Assembly: GCA_049968255.1 (NCBI GenBank)
Contig: JBMFRB010000003.1
Location: forward strand, 128,898 to 192,897
Source of the DNA: Candidatus Sumerlaeaceae bacterium
Lineage (GTDB): Bacteria; Sumerlaeota; Sumerlaeia; Sumerlaeales; Sumerlaeaceae
Length of the DNA stretch: 64,000 bases
Reading direction: 5' to 3'
Position numbers and translations under genes: made by a program. Below the pieces are notes generated by a model. That model was not told the origin of the DNA, searched no databases, and worked only from the letters and a program-made list of their open reading frames with translations. Position 1 is the first letter of the stretch. Each line of letters begins with the position of its first letter. Positions 1 to 10,658 of this stretch are shown in pieces.

Positions 1-225
1 GCGCAGCTCCCGCTCAGCGATGACCCAGCGGCCGAGCCGCGTAACCACGACCGGGCGCACGCACTTATCTGTGAGCGAGATACGTTGGCATACCACCCGA
101 GCCGAACTCAGAGATACCTGAAATTCCGTCGATGGGCCCCCGCACAGAAGCCAAATCTTGCGCAACTGCTATTCCTTTCCGTGAGAGAATTGTGCTCACC
201 ATGACGCGCGTCGCCCCAGTGATGT

Positions 226-1197
226 TCAAGCGTTAGTGCGACGCCGGCGCGCATATTGTTTGGCAAAGTAGGTGAGGATCACATCGGCGCCTGCCCGGCG
301 TATCGCAAAAAGCGTTTCTTCCACCACGCGTTGTTCATCGAGCCAACCGTGGTGCGCCGCCGCCTTGATCATTGCATATTCTCCGCTAACTTGATAAGCA
401 GCTAATGGCAAATCGCATCGGTTACGCAGCTCATGTAACACGTCCAAATAGGGAAGCGCAGGTTTCACCATGAGCATGTCCGCACCTTCAGCAAGGTCCT
501 GCAGCGATTCGCGAACAGCCTCTCGCGGATTTGCAGGATCTAGCTGATGGCTGCGGCGATCGCCAAAGGCTGGCGTGCTGTAAGCCGCATCGCGAAAAGG
601 CCCGTAAAATGCTGAGGCAAACTTCGAGCTATAGGAAAGAATCGGCACATCGGAAAACCCTGCCGCATCCAAGGCTTCGCGGATGGCGCTGACGCGGCCA
701 TCCATCATGTCCGACGGAGCCACTATGTCCGCACCGGCTTCGGCATGCGAAACTGCCACCTTGCAAAGGATTTCGAGCGTCGGATCGTTGAGAATTTTCC
801 CGCCTTTGACCAGCCCGCAATGGCCATGCGACGTGTATTCGCACAAACACACGTCGGTGAGGACGACCAAGTCCGGCGCGACCCGTTTGACCGTCGCGAC
901 AGCGCGCTGGACAATGCCCATGGGGTCATAGGCGCTTGTGGCGTACTCATCTTTGTGGCTCGGGATGCCAAAGAGAATGACACCGCCGAGGCCTAGCTCC
1001 GCTAACTCATGCGCCTCATCTTCAAGCTCGTCGAGCGAGAGCCGCTCAATGCCAGGCATCGAAGCAATAGGTTGACGTTGGCCGCGACCCTCGACGACAA
1101 AGAGTGGCTGGACAAGCTGCTCGACAGCCAGATGCGTTTCGCGCACGAGTCGGCGCAATGGTTCGCTCATTCGCATTCGCCGCAATCGTTTGATCAT
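226..1197 (-). CDS. hemB: Porphobilinogen synthase (delta-aminolevulinic acid dehydratase)
   Basis: Zn-binding DVCLCEYTSHGHCG, APSDMMDGRV, SAFYGPFRDA, active-site MVKPALPYLD, AYQVSGEYAM. Confidence 0.98.
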   Translation of the reverse strand: MIKRLRRMRMSEPLRRLVRETHLAVEQLVQPLFVVEGRGQRQPIASMPGIERLSLDELEDEAHELAELGLGGVILFGIPSHKDEYATSAYDPMGIVQRAVATVKRVAPDLVVLTDVCLCEYTSHGHCGLVKGGKILNDPTLEILCKVAVSHAEAGADIVAPSDMMDGRVSAIREALDAAGFSDVPILSYSSKFASAFYGPFRDAAYSTPAFGDRRSHQLDPANPREAVRESLQDLAEGADMLMVKPALPYLDVLHELRNRCDLPLAAYQVSGEYAMIKAAAHHGWLDEQRVVEETLFAIRRAGADVILTYFAKQYARRRRTNA

Positions 1198-1280
1198 GGC
1201 AGAAATTGTGGCTGAGACGAGAAGGTCATGGCAAGATTCGATCGAACGAAGAGTAAAAAAACAGAAAGCGAAGAGGCCTA

Positions 1281-2255
1281 ATGACGACTTCGCACGACCA
1301 CGAACTCAGTCCAGCCGAGCAGCGTGCCATTTCCCGCGCACACTTCTTTTTCATTCATGGCGACGATGTGGCTAAGATAGAGAATTTTAAAGAAAGCGTT
1401 GTGAGCATTCATCTGCGGCCTGACGAGCGGGAGGAAAATTATAACGAGTACGGCTCACTTGGCTCGCAGGTGAGTCTTCGCTCGGTGCTGGGCGACGTCA
1501 TTGCCGAGCTTTCCACGGTTTCGCTTCTTCCCGGAACCAAGCGCGTGGTGGTGCTTTACAGTCCCCAAGAATTCTACGAAGGCCGATCGCGGACGGCGCA
1601 GAAAAAGCGCCGCTCCACCGAAATGGAGGTTGCAACGAGTCCTAGCCATATTTTGGCGCGATTCATTGAGCGAGAGCTCAACTCATTGCCTGCAGTTCTG
1701 ATCATCGTGGCGCCCGATGATTACGAAAAGGGGCGACGCGTCGCGAAGATTGACCCTGTCTATGCGCTTGCGCAAAAGATGGCCGCAGTACGCGTTTTCA
1801 ATGAGGTGGGACCGCAATTTGCGTTTTTCGACGCTCTCTTCGCCCGCAATGCAGAGCAGGCCTTGCGCCTATGGCGCGACTGGCTGGAACGCGTGGGCAG
1901 CTCGCCCCGCCCATACTACTCACTGGTGTCACAGCTGCGTTTGCTCATCCAGGCCAAGATGCTCACGATGAGGCTCTACGAGCGTCGAGGGCTGAACCGC
2001 GAAGTCTTTGAATCCACCATGCTACCCCCTGACAGTGATTACAACATTCTCAAGCTTCCCTACGATTGGCAGCGCCAGAAGCTCATGCGTGCCAGCGCGA
2101 ATTTCTCACTGACAGAATTGACCACAGCTTACGAAAAGCTTGAAACGTTGGCCAAATATGCCGTCCCGCTGGCCAGCGATCCGAGCGTGCCGGACCGCAA
2201 TCTTCTCAGCGAGGTATGGATTCTAGAATTTTGCACCAGAGAAGAAGCGCCGTGA
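1281..2255 (+). CDS. holA: DNA polymerase III subunit delta (probable)
   Basis: 324 aa; N-terminal FFIHGDD, LSTVSLLPGTKRVVVL segment, FAFFDALFARNAEQAL collar helix and QLRLLIQAK fit the divergent HolA pattern. Confidence 0.7.
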   Translation: MTTSHDHELSPAEQRAISRAHFFFIHGDDVAKIENFKESVVSIHLRPDEREENYNEYGSLGSQVSLRSVLGDVIAELSTVSLLPGTKRVVVLYSPQEFYEGRSRTAQKKRRSTEMEVATSPSHILARFIERELNSLPAVLIIVAPDDYEKGRRVAKIDPVYALAQKMAAVRVFNEVGPQFAFFDALFARNAEQALRLWRDWLERVGSSPRPYYSLVSQLRLLIQAKMLTMRLYERRGLNREVFESTMLPPDSDYNILKLPYDWQRQKLMRASANFSLTELTTAYEKLETLAKYAVPLASDPSVPDRNLLSEVWILEFCTREEAP

Positions 2256-3298
2256 GCAGGTCGACCAAAGTGCAATCCTACCAAGACCATTGGTGGCGAG
2301 CCGCCTACATCGCGGTCGCTTTGTTCGCCGCTGCAGCGGCGCACGCAGTGCCTTCGTCCCGCACAGCGTCGCCCTCGCAGGTTCCCTTGCGCGTGCCGCT
2401 TGAAGCCACTCCAAAACCAGCAGCCATGCCCGCAGGCAAAGCGGTACGCGCGGGCGTGCGAACTCCAGAAGCGAGTGACGAAACACTTAGCCGTTTGCTC
2501 CGCATGCGCAGTCGCTTGCGCAACCTCGAAGTCGACACACGCTGGCTCAACCGCGAAGAGATTACACAGCATTTTACGGCCACCATGGGACGTGGGCACT
2601 TGGTAGGCCATGGTTACATCAATTGGTCTCGGCCCGAGGAACGCCAGTGGGCCAGCGTGGAGATCATCGGCGCGGACGTTGAGGAGTTTCTGCACGTCGC
2701 TGATGTGCGCTTCGACGGAAAAATTCGTGCCCAAGTGAGTGGCCAGCTCGACCTCGAGTGGAACGGAATGCGGTTTCGCCAGATGCGGGCCAGTATGCGT
2801 GGCAAAGGAAGACTCGAGCTTTCCAAGGGCAACGTCACGGCGACGCGTCTGCTCGATAACATTGCGCGTTTTTCGGGCATCGATGAGCTTCGTACGCTCG
2901 AATTCGATCACGGTGGGCTCCAGGGTACTATTAAGGACGGGCGCGTGGAGGTCGAGGAGTTTCGCCTCGAAGGTCGCGATTTTCGTCTGCGAGGAAAAGG
3001 AACCGTCACGCTAGAAACCGGCGCACTCGATGCCCGTTTTGAAATTGCAGTGAAGCCTGCGCTGGCGAAGCGCTCACGCGTTGCGCAGGTGAGGGCCGCC
3101 GGTGAGGCCTTAGCAAAACTATTTGGCGGCGAGAATCAATTCGTGAACGTGCCTCTTCCTGTGAGTTTCGGTGGCACGCTCGAACGTCCCATCCCGTATC
3201 TCGAGGTGCCTGCCCAGGGAGCATTGCGTGTGGGGTGGCAAATTCTCGAAGGGGCTTTGACAACGTCGCCCAGAGAGCGGCGTAGCCACTCGCGATGA
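2252..3298 (+). CDS. Exported protein with AsmA-like C-terminal region
   Basis: GTG overlaps the holA stop (GTGA); N-terminal hydrophobic signal; beta-rich GKGRLELSKG, LRGKGTVTL and PVSFGGTLERP segments typical of AsmA C-termini. Confidence 0.6.
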   Translation: MSRSTKVQSYQDHWWRAAYIAVALFAAAAAHAVPSSRTASPSQVPLRVPLEATPKPAAMPAGKAVRAGVRTPEASDETLSRLLRMRSRLRNLEVDTRWLNREEITQHFTATMGRGHLVGHGYINWSRPEERQWASVEIIGADVEEFLHVADVRFDGKIRAQVSGQLDLEWNGMRFRQMRASMRGKGRLELSKGNVTATRLLDNIARFSGIDELRTLEFDHGGLQGTIKDGRVEVEEFRLEGRDFRLRGKGTVTLETGALDARFEIAVKPALAKRSRVAQVRAAGEALAKLFGGENQFVNVPLPVSFGGTLERPIPYLEVPAQGALRVGWQILEGALTTSPRERRSHSR

Positions 3299-3304
3299 GA
3301 TCGG

Positions 3305-3979
3305 CTAGCGACGTGGACGCGATGGGTTCAGGCGCTGTGACTTGGGAGTCGGTGGCTGGGTCGCTTCGTGGTAGAAATCACTCAGTAATGGCCTCGGGCT
3401 AAAGGCAGAAGTGCGCGGAAGAGCAGAAAAATAGCGCTCGGCGACACGCCATGAGCGGCTGCGCGCTTGCTTTGGGAGCTCGGGCTGCGCTGTGTTTTCC
3501 TGCGCCAAGTGTTCCGTCTGCACAGAAAAAGAATACGGCTGGCATTCACCGAGAATTCGGTGCGCGAGACGTTCGATCGAGGCGGCTGAGAGCGATCCCA
3601 CCTGTCGTTCGTGGCAGGAAGCAAAATTATCAGTGGGGAGGTAGACGAGCAGCGTTGGCGTGTACTGGATGCCGTAGCGAACGGCCAGATCGCGGTGCTC
3701 GTTGAACTCAAGCATCACTTTGACGAAAGGTTCGAGGGCGCGTTGCGCTCGTGGATCGGCGAGGCTGCGCTCCATGCGAGCACAGTCGGGACAACCTTCG
3801 AGGACGAAAAGAATAAGCAATGGCCGCCCCTCGCTGCGGGCGCGAGCTTTGGCCGCAGGAAGATTTGTTTGCCAACCAGCGGGTTGCCCGGTGCTGGGTA
3901 GCGTGATCCACAGGAGGCAAAGCGCAAGCGCAATACGCCGTGCTGCAAGGCCGAGGAACTTGGAGCCGTCATGAGTCAC
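3305..3979 (-). CDS. Exported thioredoxin-fold protein
   Basis: Signal peptide, W..NLPAAKARARSEGRPLLILF, CPDC motif, cis-Pro loop YGIQYTPT. Confidence 0.8.
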   Translation of the reverse strand: MTHDGSKFLGLAARRIALALCLLWITLPSTGQPAGWQTNLPAAKARARSEGRPLLILFVLEGCPDCARMERSLADPRAQRALEPFVKVMLEFNEHRDLAVRYGIQYTPTLLVYLPTDNFASCHERQVGSLSAASIERLAHRILGECQPYSFSVQTEHLAQENTAQPELPKQARSRSWRVAERYFSALPRTSAFSPRPLLSDFYHEATQPPTPKSQRLNPSRPRR

Positions 3980-4481
3980 GATTTTTTAATACCCAAGCGG
4001 ACGAAGAAAGAATCAATCGCCGAAACGACTGGAACCCACACGTACGGCGTGTTGAGGAGTCAGCGAAAAAGAAAGTGACGAAAGTAGGCAGCCGGAATAG
4101 CGATTGCCCGAAGGATTTTCTCGCCCGAAAAAGCTCAGAGCAGAGTTTCGCGCTCTGCTGCAAGTAGAGCCACGCCATGGCCATCGGCTTCGTAGCAGCT
4201 TGCAAGCGATAGCCCGTTCGTTGAGGACAATGGCAGCTGCGGTACGGGATGTGGTAAATCGAGCTTCGTGGTATGCAGCAAGCCAACTACGGCTGAAAGT
4301 CCTGGTCGGGGTGGGCCATCGCGCATCGCCCGCCTTGTGGCAGCATTGTTTTTTGTTTGCCCCTGACAAGAGCAGTGTCGCCGGTATATTTATCGTGTCC
4401 CACAGAATTTGCTTGCTGTCAGAGTCTTGCCTATGACGGTATAAAAAAAGAGGTCAACTCACAGGCGGTCGGGAAAAGCGC

Positions 4482-5873
4482 ATGCGTTTTGGAAAACGTG
4501 AACAAATCGTAGTTCTCTTTATTGGCACAGCGCTGCTCATTTTTCTTGTACACTTGCTGATCTTTCAGCCGCGTGCCACGGAGTACGCCCGCGTAAAGAA
4601 AGAGTTCGAAGACGGCGTAGCGACATTGCGCGACACTGAGCAGCCGCAGTCGCCCAAGCAGGTCGAGGATTTCAATGCCAAGACCGCCAAGTATGAACAA
4701 GAGGTCACGAGCCTGGTCACGCAACTGCGGCTTACGATCCCAAAGCACTATGCACGACTGGGAACCGAGTCGGTGCAGTTGCGCATGAAAGATACACTTG
4801 ATGCGATGCGCGAGCTTGTCGAAATGCGCAAGCGATTGAAAACTCCACAGCTGACGTTTCTCGATGACCGCAAAGACCCCTATGGTGTTCAACAAGGATG
4901 GAACATCCCCGCAGAGCTCTCGGAACGGACCCTGGGCGTGCGCGGCGCCTTGTGGGATATCGTGTCGCAGCTCATTCAGCGCTGGGATACGATGAGCCTA
5001 GTGAAAAGTCCGCTCGATAAACTCCGCCATCGTTTCTACTATAATCAGCAACTCCCCCTAATTGGGCTGCCGCCCCAAGAGGTGTGCGATTGGGTGGCTG
5101 GTGTGCCTGGTCTGGGCTGGGTGTTTTTCAATGACCGCGACCTCAAAAACCAGCTAAAATCGGCTCTCGGGTTCACGCAAGGACAGGTGGATGTTCGACC
5201 CAATCCGTACAGCATCAATAGGTTTGGCCCGCTGCTGCCCGTGTTCAAGCGGCTGTGGGTTGCGGAACTCGTGTGGGCCAAGCGTGATCCCAATACGCAG
5301 ATCACGAAAGAACAACTTTTTGAAGCGCTCGAAGTCTACCCGAAATACTACCCCACCGATCACGGGATTGTGGTGGCAAACAAGGAGCTGCAAGCGCTGG
5401 TCGATATTGTGAAGCTTGCGGAAAAGCACCAGATTCTGGAAATCTCGCGCGTCACTTGTTTGAAATTCACTCCAGTGGAGAAAGCCGTCCGACGCGTCCC
5501 TGGGGCGACCCCAACGCCTGCTGCCTCGCCAACGCCGGCCGCACAGGCAGCTCAACCTGGCATCATCGGTTTTGACGCGGCTCTGGCCGAACCGGGGATG
5601 ATGGGAATGGTCGGACGCCCCGGCGGCATGATGCCAGGCATGGCGCCTGCGGTAGCGACACCAAAAGAAGACACAGCTGTGGGAACCGGAGCCGGCCTCG
5701 AACTGGAAATGCGAGCTTACAATGCCAACCTGGTGAAGTTTCTCTTCGAGTTGACCCACGGCCCGCGGACCTATGCGGTGGACGACCTTTACATCTATTC
5801 AGACCCCAAAGGCGAGCTACGAACCTCGATGACCGTCGAGCTCGTGACCGATCTCAAAGCTCTTAAGGATTAG
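4482..5873 (+). CDS. Membrane-anchored hypothetical protein, PilO/GspM-like layout
   Basis: 463 aa ORF; N-terminal KREQ plus TM helix, coiled coil, Pro/Ala/Met/Gly low-complexity insert, C-terminal ferredoxin-like segment; family call weak. Confidence 0.5.
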   Translation: MRFGKREQIVVLFIGTALLIFLVHLLIFQPRATEYARVKKEFEDGVATLRDTEQPQSPKQVEDFNAKTAKYEQEVTSLVTQLRLTIPKHYARLGTESVQLRMKDTLDAMRELVEMRKRLKTPQLTFLDDRKDPYGVQQGWNIPAELSERTLGVRGALWDIVSQLIQRWDTMSLVKSPLDKLRHRFYYNQQLPLIGLPPQEVCDWVAGVPGLGWVFFNDRDLKNQLKSALGFTQGQVDVRPNPYSINRFGPLLPVFKRLWVAELVWAKRDPNTQITKEQLFEALEVYPKYYPTDHGIVVANKELQALVDIVKLAEKHQILEISRVTCLKFTPVEKAVRRVPGATPTPAASPTPAAQAAQPGIIGFDAALAEPGMMGMVGRPGGMMPGMAPAVATPKEDTAVGTGAGLELEMRAYNANLVKFLFELTHGPRTYAVDDLYIYSDPKGELRTSMTVELVTDLKALKD

Positions 5874-5888
5874 GAGAAACCAACGCTC

Positions 5889-6071
5889 ATGCTTTCTAAG
5901 GAACTGCTGGCCATTCTTGCGTGTCCGAAGTGTAAAGGCGAACTCGAGTATCGCCCAGGCGGTAACGGTCAGCCGGAGGTTTTGGTCTGTTACGCCTGTA
6001 AGCTTGTTTATGAAGTCATTGACGGCATCCCGAATATGCTGATTGAGGAAGCCAAGCCGCTGGAGACTTAG
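5889..6071 (+). CDS. Trm112/YcaR family protein
   Basis: LLAILACPKCKGEL...LVCYACKLVYEVIDGIPNML; AGGAG RBS upstream. Confidence 0.93.
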   Translation: MLSKELLAILACPKCKGELEYRPGGNGQPEVLVCYACKLVYEVIDGIPNMLIEEAKPLET

Positions 6072-6083
6072 GAGTAACCGCCT

Positions 6084-6980
6084 GTGTCGAACATGGAATT
6101 AGAAATCTATCAACTCAGGTCTGATGTTTACATTCTTCTGCGCGGGCGCATCGTCTTGGAGGAATGCGAGCGACTCAAGAGCGCCTGCCTACCGCTCATT
6201 CGCAAAGGCATCGACCAGGTCTATCTTGATCTCTCGAAAGTCGAATATATTGACAGCGCCGGACTTGGCGTGCTCGTTGGGTTCAAGATGACAGCCAGCA
6301 AAAACCGCGCACGCATCGTGCTTATTCAGCCGTCGCGGCCGGTGGCAGATATTCTTTACATCTCGAAGCTCGATGGTATCTTCGACATCTTGACGGGCGC
6401 GGAAGCCGATTTGCTCAAGGCCCAAATGATCCAGACGGCCAATCGAATTGGAGTGCCTGTGGCAGAGAAGTTCGCCAGCGCATCAGCAACGGAGACTCCT
6501 TCCGGCTCCACACCCGCTGTTCCTCGCATGGGAGTCGGAATCAGTCCTCGACCCGAGCCGCCTGTGCCGCCGCGAGGCGAGTGGGGGCCAAAAGCTGCGG
6601 AGGCTGAGCGCGAGCCGATGAGGCCGTTTGCGGCTTCTGTACGTTCAGAGGCTGAACCAGAAGCATTCGCCTCCATGGACTCGGCTGTCCGCACGCAGAA
6701 GGAAATGATTGAGGAGCACTGCCGCAAAGCCGTCGAGTATATGAAGGTTGGCAACTATGACATGGCCGTGCTCGAATACGAAAAGGCGCTGCGCATCGAC
6801 CCCGAATATCTGCCGGCACTCAACAATCTGGCGATTGTTTACGAAAAGCAGCCGTCTTGGATTCCGAAAGCCATCGAGCAATGGGAAATTGTGCTGCGGG
6901 TGAGTCAGCAGCGCGGAGATCAAAAGCATATGGACCGCGCCAGGCGTCACTTGGCCAACCTCCGCCAGCTCCACGGCTGA
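6084..6980 (+). CDS. STAS-domain anti-sigma factor antagonist with C-terminal TPR
   Basis: LDLSKVEYIDSAGLGVLV STAS motif with phosphorylatable Ser, Pro-rich linker, YEKALRIDPEYLPALNNLAIVY TPR; start may be ATG 6093. Confidence 0.85.
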   Translation: MSNMELEIYQLRSDVYILLRGRIVLEECERLKSACLPLIRKGIDQVYLDLSKVEYIDSAGLGVLVGFKMTASKNRARIVLIQPSRPVADILYISKLDGIFDILTGAEADLLKAQMIQTANRIGVPVAEKFASASATETPSGSTPAVPRMGVGISPRPEPPVPPRGEWGPKAAEAEREPMRPFAASVRSEAEPEAFASMDSAVRTQKEMIEEHCRKAVEYMKVGNYDMAVLEYEKALRIDPEYLPALNNLAIVYEKQPSWIPKAIEQWEIVLRVSQQRGDQKHMDRARRHLANLRQLHG

Positions 6981-7172
6981 GAGCCCGGCATTCCCTGAGA
7001 TGGGCGGGAACGCGGGCTCCGCTGCCGCACAACAATGATCGCTGCTCGCAGTCGGTCAGCTTCGGGCAAAGGCGCCTCACCTTGTCCCAAGAATTTTGAA
7101 CATCACAGCTTGTAAATCACGCGCAAAGCGGGGCGCGCCACACACACAGATCACGTAACGGAAGAAGCCCTC

Positions 7173-8627
7173 ATGGGAAAAATTACCGGCTTTCTCGAAA
7201 TTCGCCGGCAAATGACACGCTACCGCGACCCGATCGAGCGGGTTGGTGATTGTCGTCAGGTTCAGCTCGAAGCCCCTGTGGAGCTGGTCCAGCAGCAGGG
7301 GGCGCGCTGCATGGATTGTGGCATTCCTTTCTGTCATAAAGGGTGCCCCCTGGGCAACGTCATTCCGGATTGGAACGATTTGGCCTATCGCGGGCGCTGG
7401 CAAGAGGCTATCGTTGAACTCCACGCCACGAATAACTTCCCAGAATTCACGGGCTGGGTGTGCCCGGCGCCATGCGAGTATGCGTGCGTGCTTGGCATCA
7501 ATGACGACCCCGTGACGATCAAAATGATCGAGTTGGCGGTCGTGGACAAAGCGTTTCAGGAAGGCTGGATCAGGCCGCAGCCCCCGAAGGTGCGCACAGG
7601 TAAGAAAGTCGCCATTGTGGGCTCGGGGCCAGCCGGGCTTGCGTGCGCCCAGCAGCTCAATCGTGCAGGCCATTCCGTCACGGTCTTTGAGCGCGCTGAT
7701 CGAATAGGCGGACTTCTCAGTTATGGGATTCCTGATTTCAAACTTGAGAAATGGATCGTTCAGCGGCGCGTAGCGCTGCTCGCGGAAGAAGGGATAGATT
7801 TCCGCACCAATGCTAACGTCGGGTTCAACGTCTCAGTTGCGGATTTGCGCAAGAATTTCGATGCCATTGTGTTGTGCGGCGGTGCGACGCGGCCACGCGA
7901 TCTGCCCGTGCCCGGTCGCGAGCTTGAGGGTATCTATTTCGCCATGGAGTTCCTCCCCTTGCAAAACCGGCGTGTGGCCGGTGACCGCCTCGACGGTTGG
8001 CGCGATGTGACGGCGAAAGATAAGCGTGTCGTGGTCATTGGTGGCGGCGACACGGGTAGCGACTGTATCGGCACCGCCTTGCGGCAAGGATGCGTGTCGG
8101 TCCATCAGTTCGAACTTTTGCCACGTCCTCCGGAAAGCCGAACGCCCGACATGCCATGGCCGACCTATCCCATGATCTTGCGTACCTCCAGCTCGCACGA
8201 GGAAGGCGAGGCTCTCGGCAAGCTCACCCGTGAGTGGGCGATTTCGACCAAGGGCTTTTCCGGCCGCGATGGCAAAGTTGAAAAACTTCATGCCGTGCGG
8301 CTGGAATGGAGCAAAGATCCCAAAACGGGGCGCCCCGCCATGCGCGAAATTCCTGGCAGCGAATTCACGATGGACGTGGATCTTGTCCTGCTCGCCATGG
8401 GCTTTGTTGGTCCCGAAACCGATGGGCCCATCGGCCAGCTCGGCCTCGATCTTGATCCGCGCGGAAATGTGGCCACGAATGCCGACTATATGACGAGCGT
8501 TGAGGGTGTGTTCGCTGCAGGAGACATGCGCCGCGGTCAGTCGCTGGTCGTTTGGGCCATCGCAGAAGGGCGTAAAGCTGCGCGCGGCGTGGATAAATAT
8601 CTCATGGGCGAAACGCATCTCCCCTAA
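7173..8627 (+). CDS. gltD: Glutamate synthase small (beta) subunit
   Basis: [15 protein letters not shown] and CPAPCE Fe-S motifs, [34 protein letters not shown]. Confidence 0.96.
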   Translation: MGKITGFLEIRRQMTRYRDPIERVGDCRQVQLEAPVELVQQQGARCMDCGIPFCHKGCPLGNVIPDWNDLAYRGRWQEAIVELHATNNFPEFTGWVCPAPCEYACVLGINDDPVTIKMIELAVVDKAFQEGWIRPQPPKVRTGKKVAIVGSGPAGLACAQQLNRAGHSVTVFERADRIGGLLSYGIPDFKLEKWIVQRRVALLAEEGIDFRTNANVGFNVSVADLRKNFDAIVLCGGATRPRDLPVPGRELEGIYFAMEFLPLQNRRVAGDRLDGWRDVTAKDKRVVVIGGGDTGSDCIGTALRQGCVSVHQFELLPRPPESRTPDMPWPTYPMILRTSSSHEEGEALGKLTREWAISTKGFSGRDGKVEKLHAVRLEWSKDPKTGRPAMREIPGSEFTMDVDLVLLAMGFVGPETDGPIGQLGLDLDPRGNVATNADYMTSVEGVFAAGDMRRGQSLVVWAIAEGRKAARGVDKYLMGETHLP

Positions 8628-8740
8628 GCACGAAGTTCCCAGGCGCACCACAACGACAACGCATCGCAATGGGCTGAGAACCTGAGCTGCCACGCAAGGC
8701 AGCTTGACTCGGCACAGCGGGGGAGGCTAACAACCTCTTT

Positions 8741-9919
8741 GTGAGGCGACACAATTACGAGGTTGCGCTGGATGGTAAGCCATCGCCCACGGCGAGAACA
8801 AGCTCGCTGCACACGCAAGGCAGCAGCCCCTGTGCTTTACGTAAGAACACGCCGGTACGTTCAGGCGGGCTCAGCCTAATCCCGCATAGAGAGACGCTGG
8901 TCGCCTTCCTAATGCTCTTGCCCTTTGCTGTGCTTCTGGTTCGGGTCCAGCATGCGTTGTGCGCTCACGCCTCCAACGGCATTTTCAATTCCTTTCTCCA
9001 GGGCCAGCTTGGCCCCGTATTTTCGTCGCGCATTCTCATGCGCCTGCTCATCCCTGGGGTCTGGTCCCTTGCTCCCCACGCTTGGTTTCCGGAGCACGCC
9101 AATCAACTGCTGCAAATAGGCTTCACGGGGATTGGCCTAATTGCCACGTACGAATTGGCTCGCTCATGGCTGAGTGCAACAGCTGCGCTTGGCGTGAGCT
9201 ACCTTGCTGGCGCCTGGCTTGCGTGGGGCATGCTTCCCATGGGCTATAGCTTTGCCTACCCCTACGATCTGCCCACCTTTGCATTTTCGGCGCTCGGACT
9301 TCTCGCGCTCGCGCGCCGCGATCTCTGGGGATTCGCTGGTATGGTGTTTTTCGGCGTGCTCTGCAAAGAGACCATCGTTTGGCTGCTAGTGGTTGTGGCC
9401 ATCATGGAGTGGCGCCGCAGGGGTATGTTATTCGGTTGGTGGGTGTTTTCAGGCCTCGTGTTGCTCGCGATTGTCTGCTATGCTCTTCCACGCCTTGGTT
9501 TCCTCGGAAGCCGCCTGTATCCCTTTGCGACAGTGGAGTTGTGGGAAAACAAAGAAGCAAAGATCACGCGCGTGGCGGCCAATATCCGAGAATTCGGCAC
9601 ATTGGCGCACGGCTCGCCTACCGAAAATATTTACTGGTTTGCCACGATTTTTTTGCCCGTCGTCTTTGTGTGGAGGCACGGGTTGTCGCCATTTCTTCGG
9701 GCGTGCTGGATGGGCGCGCTGGTTCTTTTTACAGGCAACTTCATCTGCGGCAACGTGTGGGAGGTTCGCATCTTTAACGAAATTGTGCCGCTAGGTGCAG
9801 TAACGACGTTTTTGGCCTTTCGCCTGGTCGTGGAGGGCGGCGTTGAGGCTGCCCCCACAGACTTTCCCCCGCTGAGTTCCGTCGCCGAACCACCCTACCC
9901 TGACACCACGAGAAAGTGA
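8741..9919 (+). CDS. Polytopic membrane protein (possibly GT-C-like)
   Basis: Many hydrophobic helices, YPYDLP and LCKET loops; true start probably downstream of 8741. Confidence 0.55.
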   Translation: MRRHNYEVALDGKPSPTARTSSLHTQGSSPCALRKNTPVRSGGLSLIPHRETLVAFLMLLPFAVLLVRVQHALCAHASNGIFNSFLQGQLGPVFSSRILMRLLIPGVWSLAPHAWFPEHANQLLQIGFTGIGLIATYELARSWLSATAALGVSYLAGAWLAWGMLPMGYSFAYPYDLPTFAFSALGLLALARRDLWGFAGMVFFGVLCKETIVWLLVVVAIMEWRRRGMLFGWWVFSGLVLLAIVCYALPRLGFLGSRLYPFATVELWENKEAKITRVAANIREFGTLAHGSPTENIYWFATIFLPVVFVWRHGLSPFLRACWMGALVLFTGNFICGNVWEVRIFNEIVPLGAVTTFLAFRLVVEGGVEAAPTDFPPLSSVAEPPYPDTTRK

Positions 9920-9956
9920 GGAGTGAGCTCTGCGTTTTCTCGCACGCCCGAAGTGC

Positions 9957-9989
9957 AAAAGGGCGCACGGCGGGAGAAGCCGTGCGCCC
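9957..9989 (-). terminator. Intrinsic terminator downstream of the Hsp20 pair
   Basis: Perfect 11-bp stem gggcgcacggc/gccgtgcgccc followed by TTTT on the minus strand. Confidence 0.75.
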
Positions 9990-10085
9990 CTGGGCGGGAG
10001 GAGGAACCCATGCGCGTGAGATGGGGATAGGGAGAGGAGAAACTTGTCCAGCCTTTCTCCCTCGCCGCGATCGTCTGCGTTGCCG

Positions 10086-10643
10086 TTACTCTGTTTTGAC
10101 CTCGATCTTTTTTGCCTCCGGCTGCGCTTGGACTTTGCGCGGGATCGCCACCGTCAGCACACCATTTTTGAACTTTGCAGTGATGTTATCGGCATCTGCG
10201 TCTTCCGGAAGCGTCAGCAGCCGCTCGAAGCTGCCGTAGGCGCGCTCGCTCCGGTAGTAGCCTTTGCCCTTTTCCTCTTGTTCCTGCTTCTTTTCGCCAC
10301 TGATGCGGAGCGTGTCGTTCGACACTTCGACGTTGATGTCCTTTTCGTTCACGCCGGGAAGCTCGACATTTACGGTGTATTCTTTGTCCGTCGCGCTGAT
10401 CTCCACGTTCGGCTTGAACCACTCAGCCGCGCGTGCTACTGGCGCGAACACGCGATCCCAGCGAGCCAGAGGCAAAGCAAAATCACGAGCGAATTCATCG
10501 AAGATTCGGTCAATCTCGCGTTGCAGTCTGGCGAACGACTCTGGCAACGCCACGTCGAAGTCGCGGCGCACGGGCAGAAGACTGCCTTCGCGTTCCTCCT
10601 CGCGTTTGAACCAATTCCATGGTACAAGTTTATCGAACTTCAT
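10086..10643 (-). CDS. Small heat shock protein (Hsp20/alpha-crystallin)
   Basis: VELPGVNEKDINVEV, ERAYGSFERLLTLPEDAD, AKFKNGVLTVAIPR, C-terminal IEV. Confidence 0.96.
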   Translation of the reverse strand: MKFDKLVPWNWFKREEEREGSLLPVRRDFDVALPESFARLQREIDRIFDEFARDFALPLARWDRVFAPVARAAEWFKPNVEISATDKEYTVNVELPGVNEKDINVEVSNDTLRISGEKKQEQEEKGKGYYRSERAYGSFERLLTLPEDADADNITAKFKNGVLTVAIPRKVQAQPEAKKIEVKTE

Positions 10644-10658
10644 GATTCCTCACCTCCT

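Noticed and set aside
1-202. Minus-strand frame open from ATG 202 to the window edge, downstream of hemB
   Set aside because: Only 67 codons visible with no recognisable motif; needs the adjacent window
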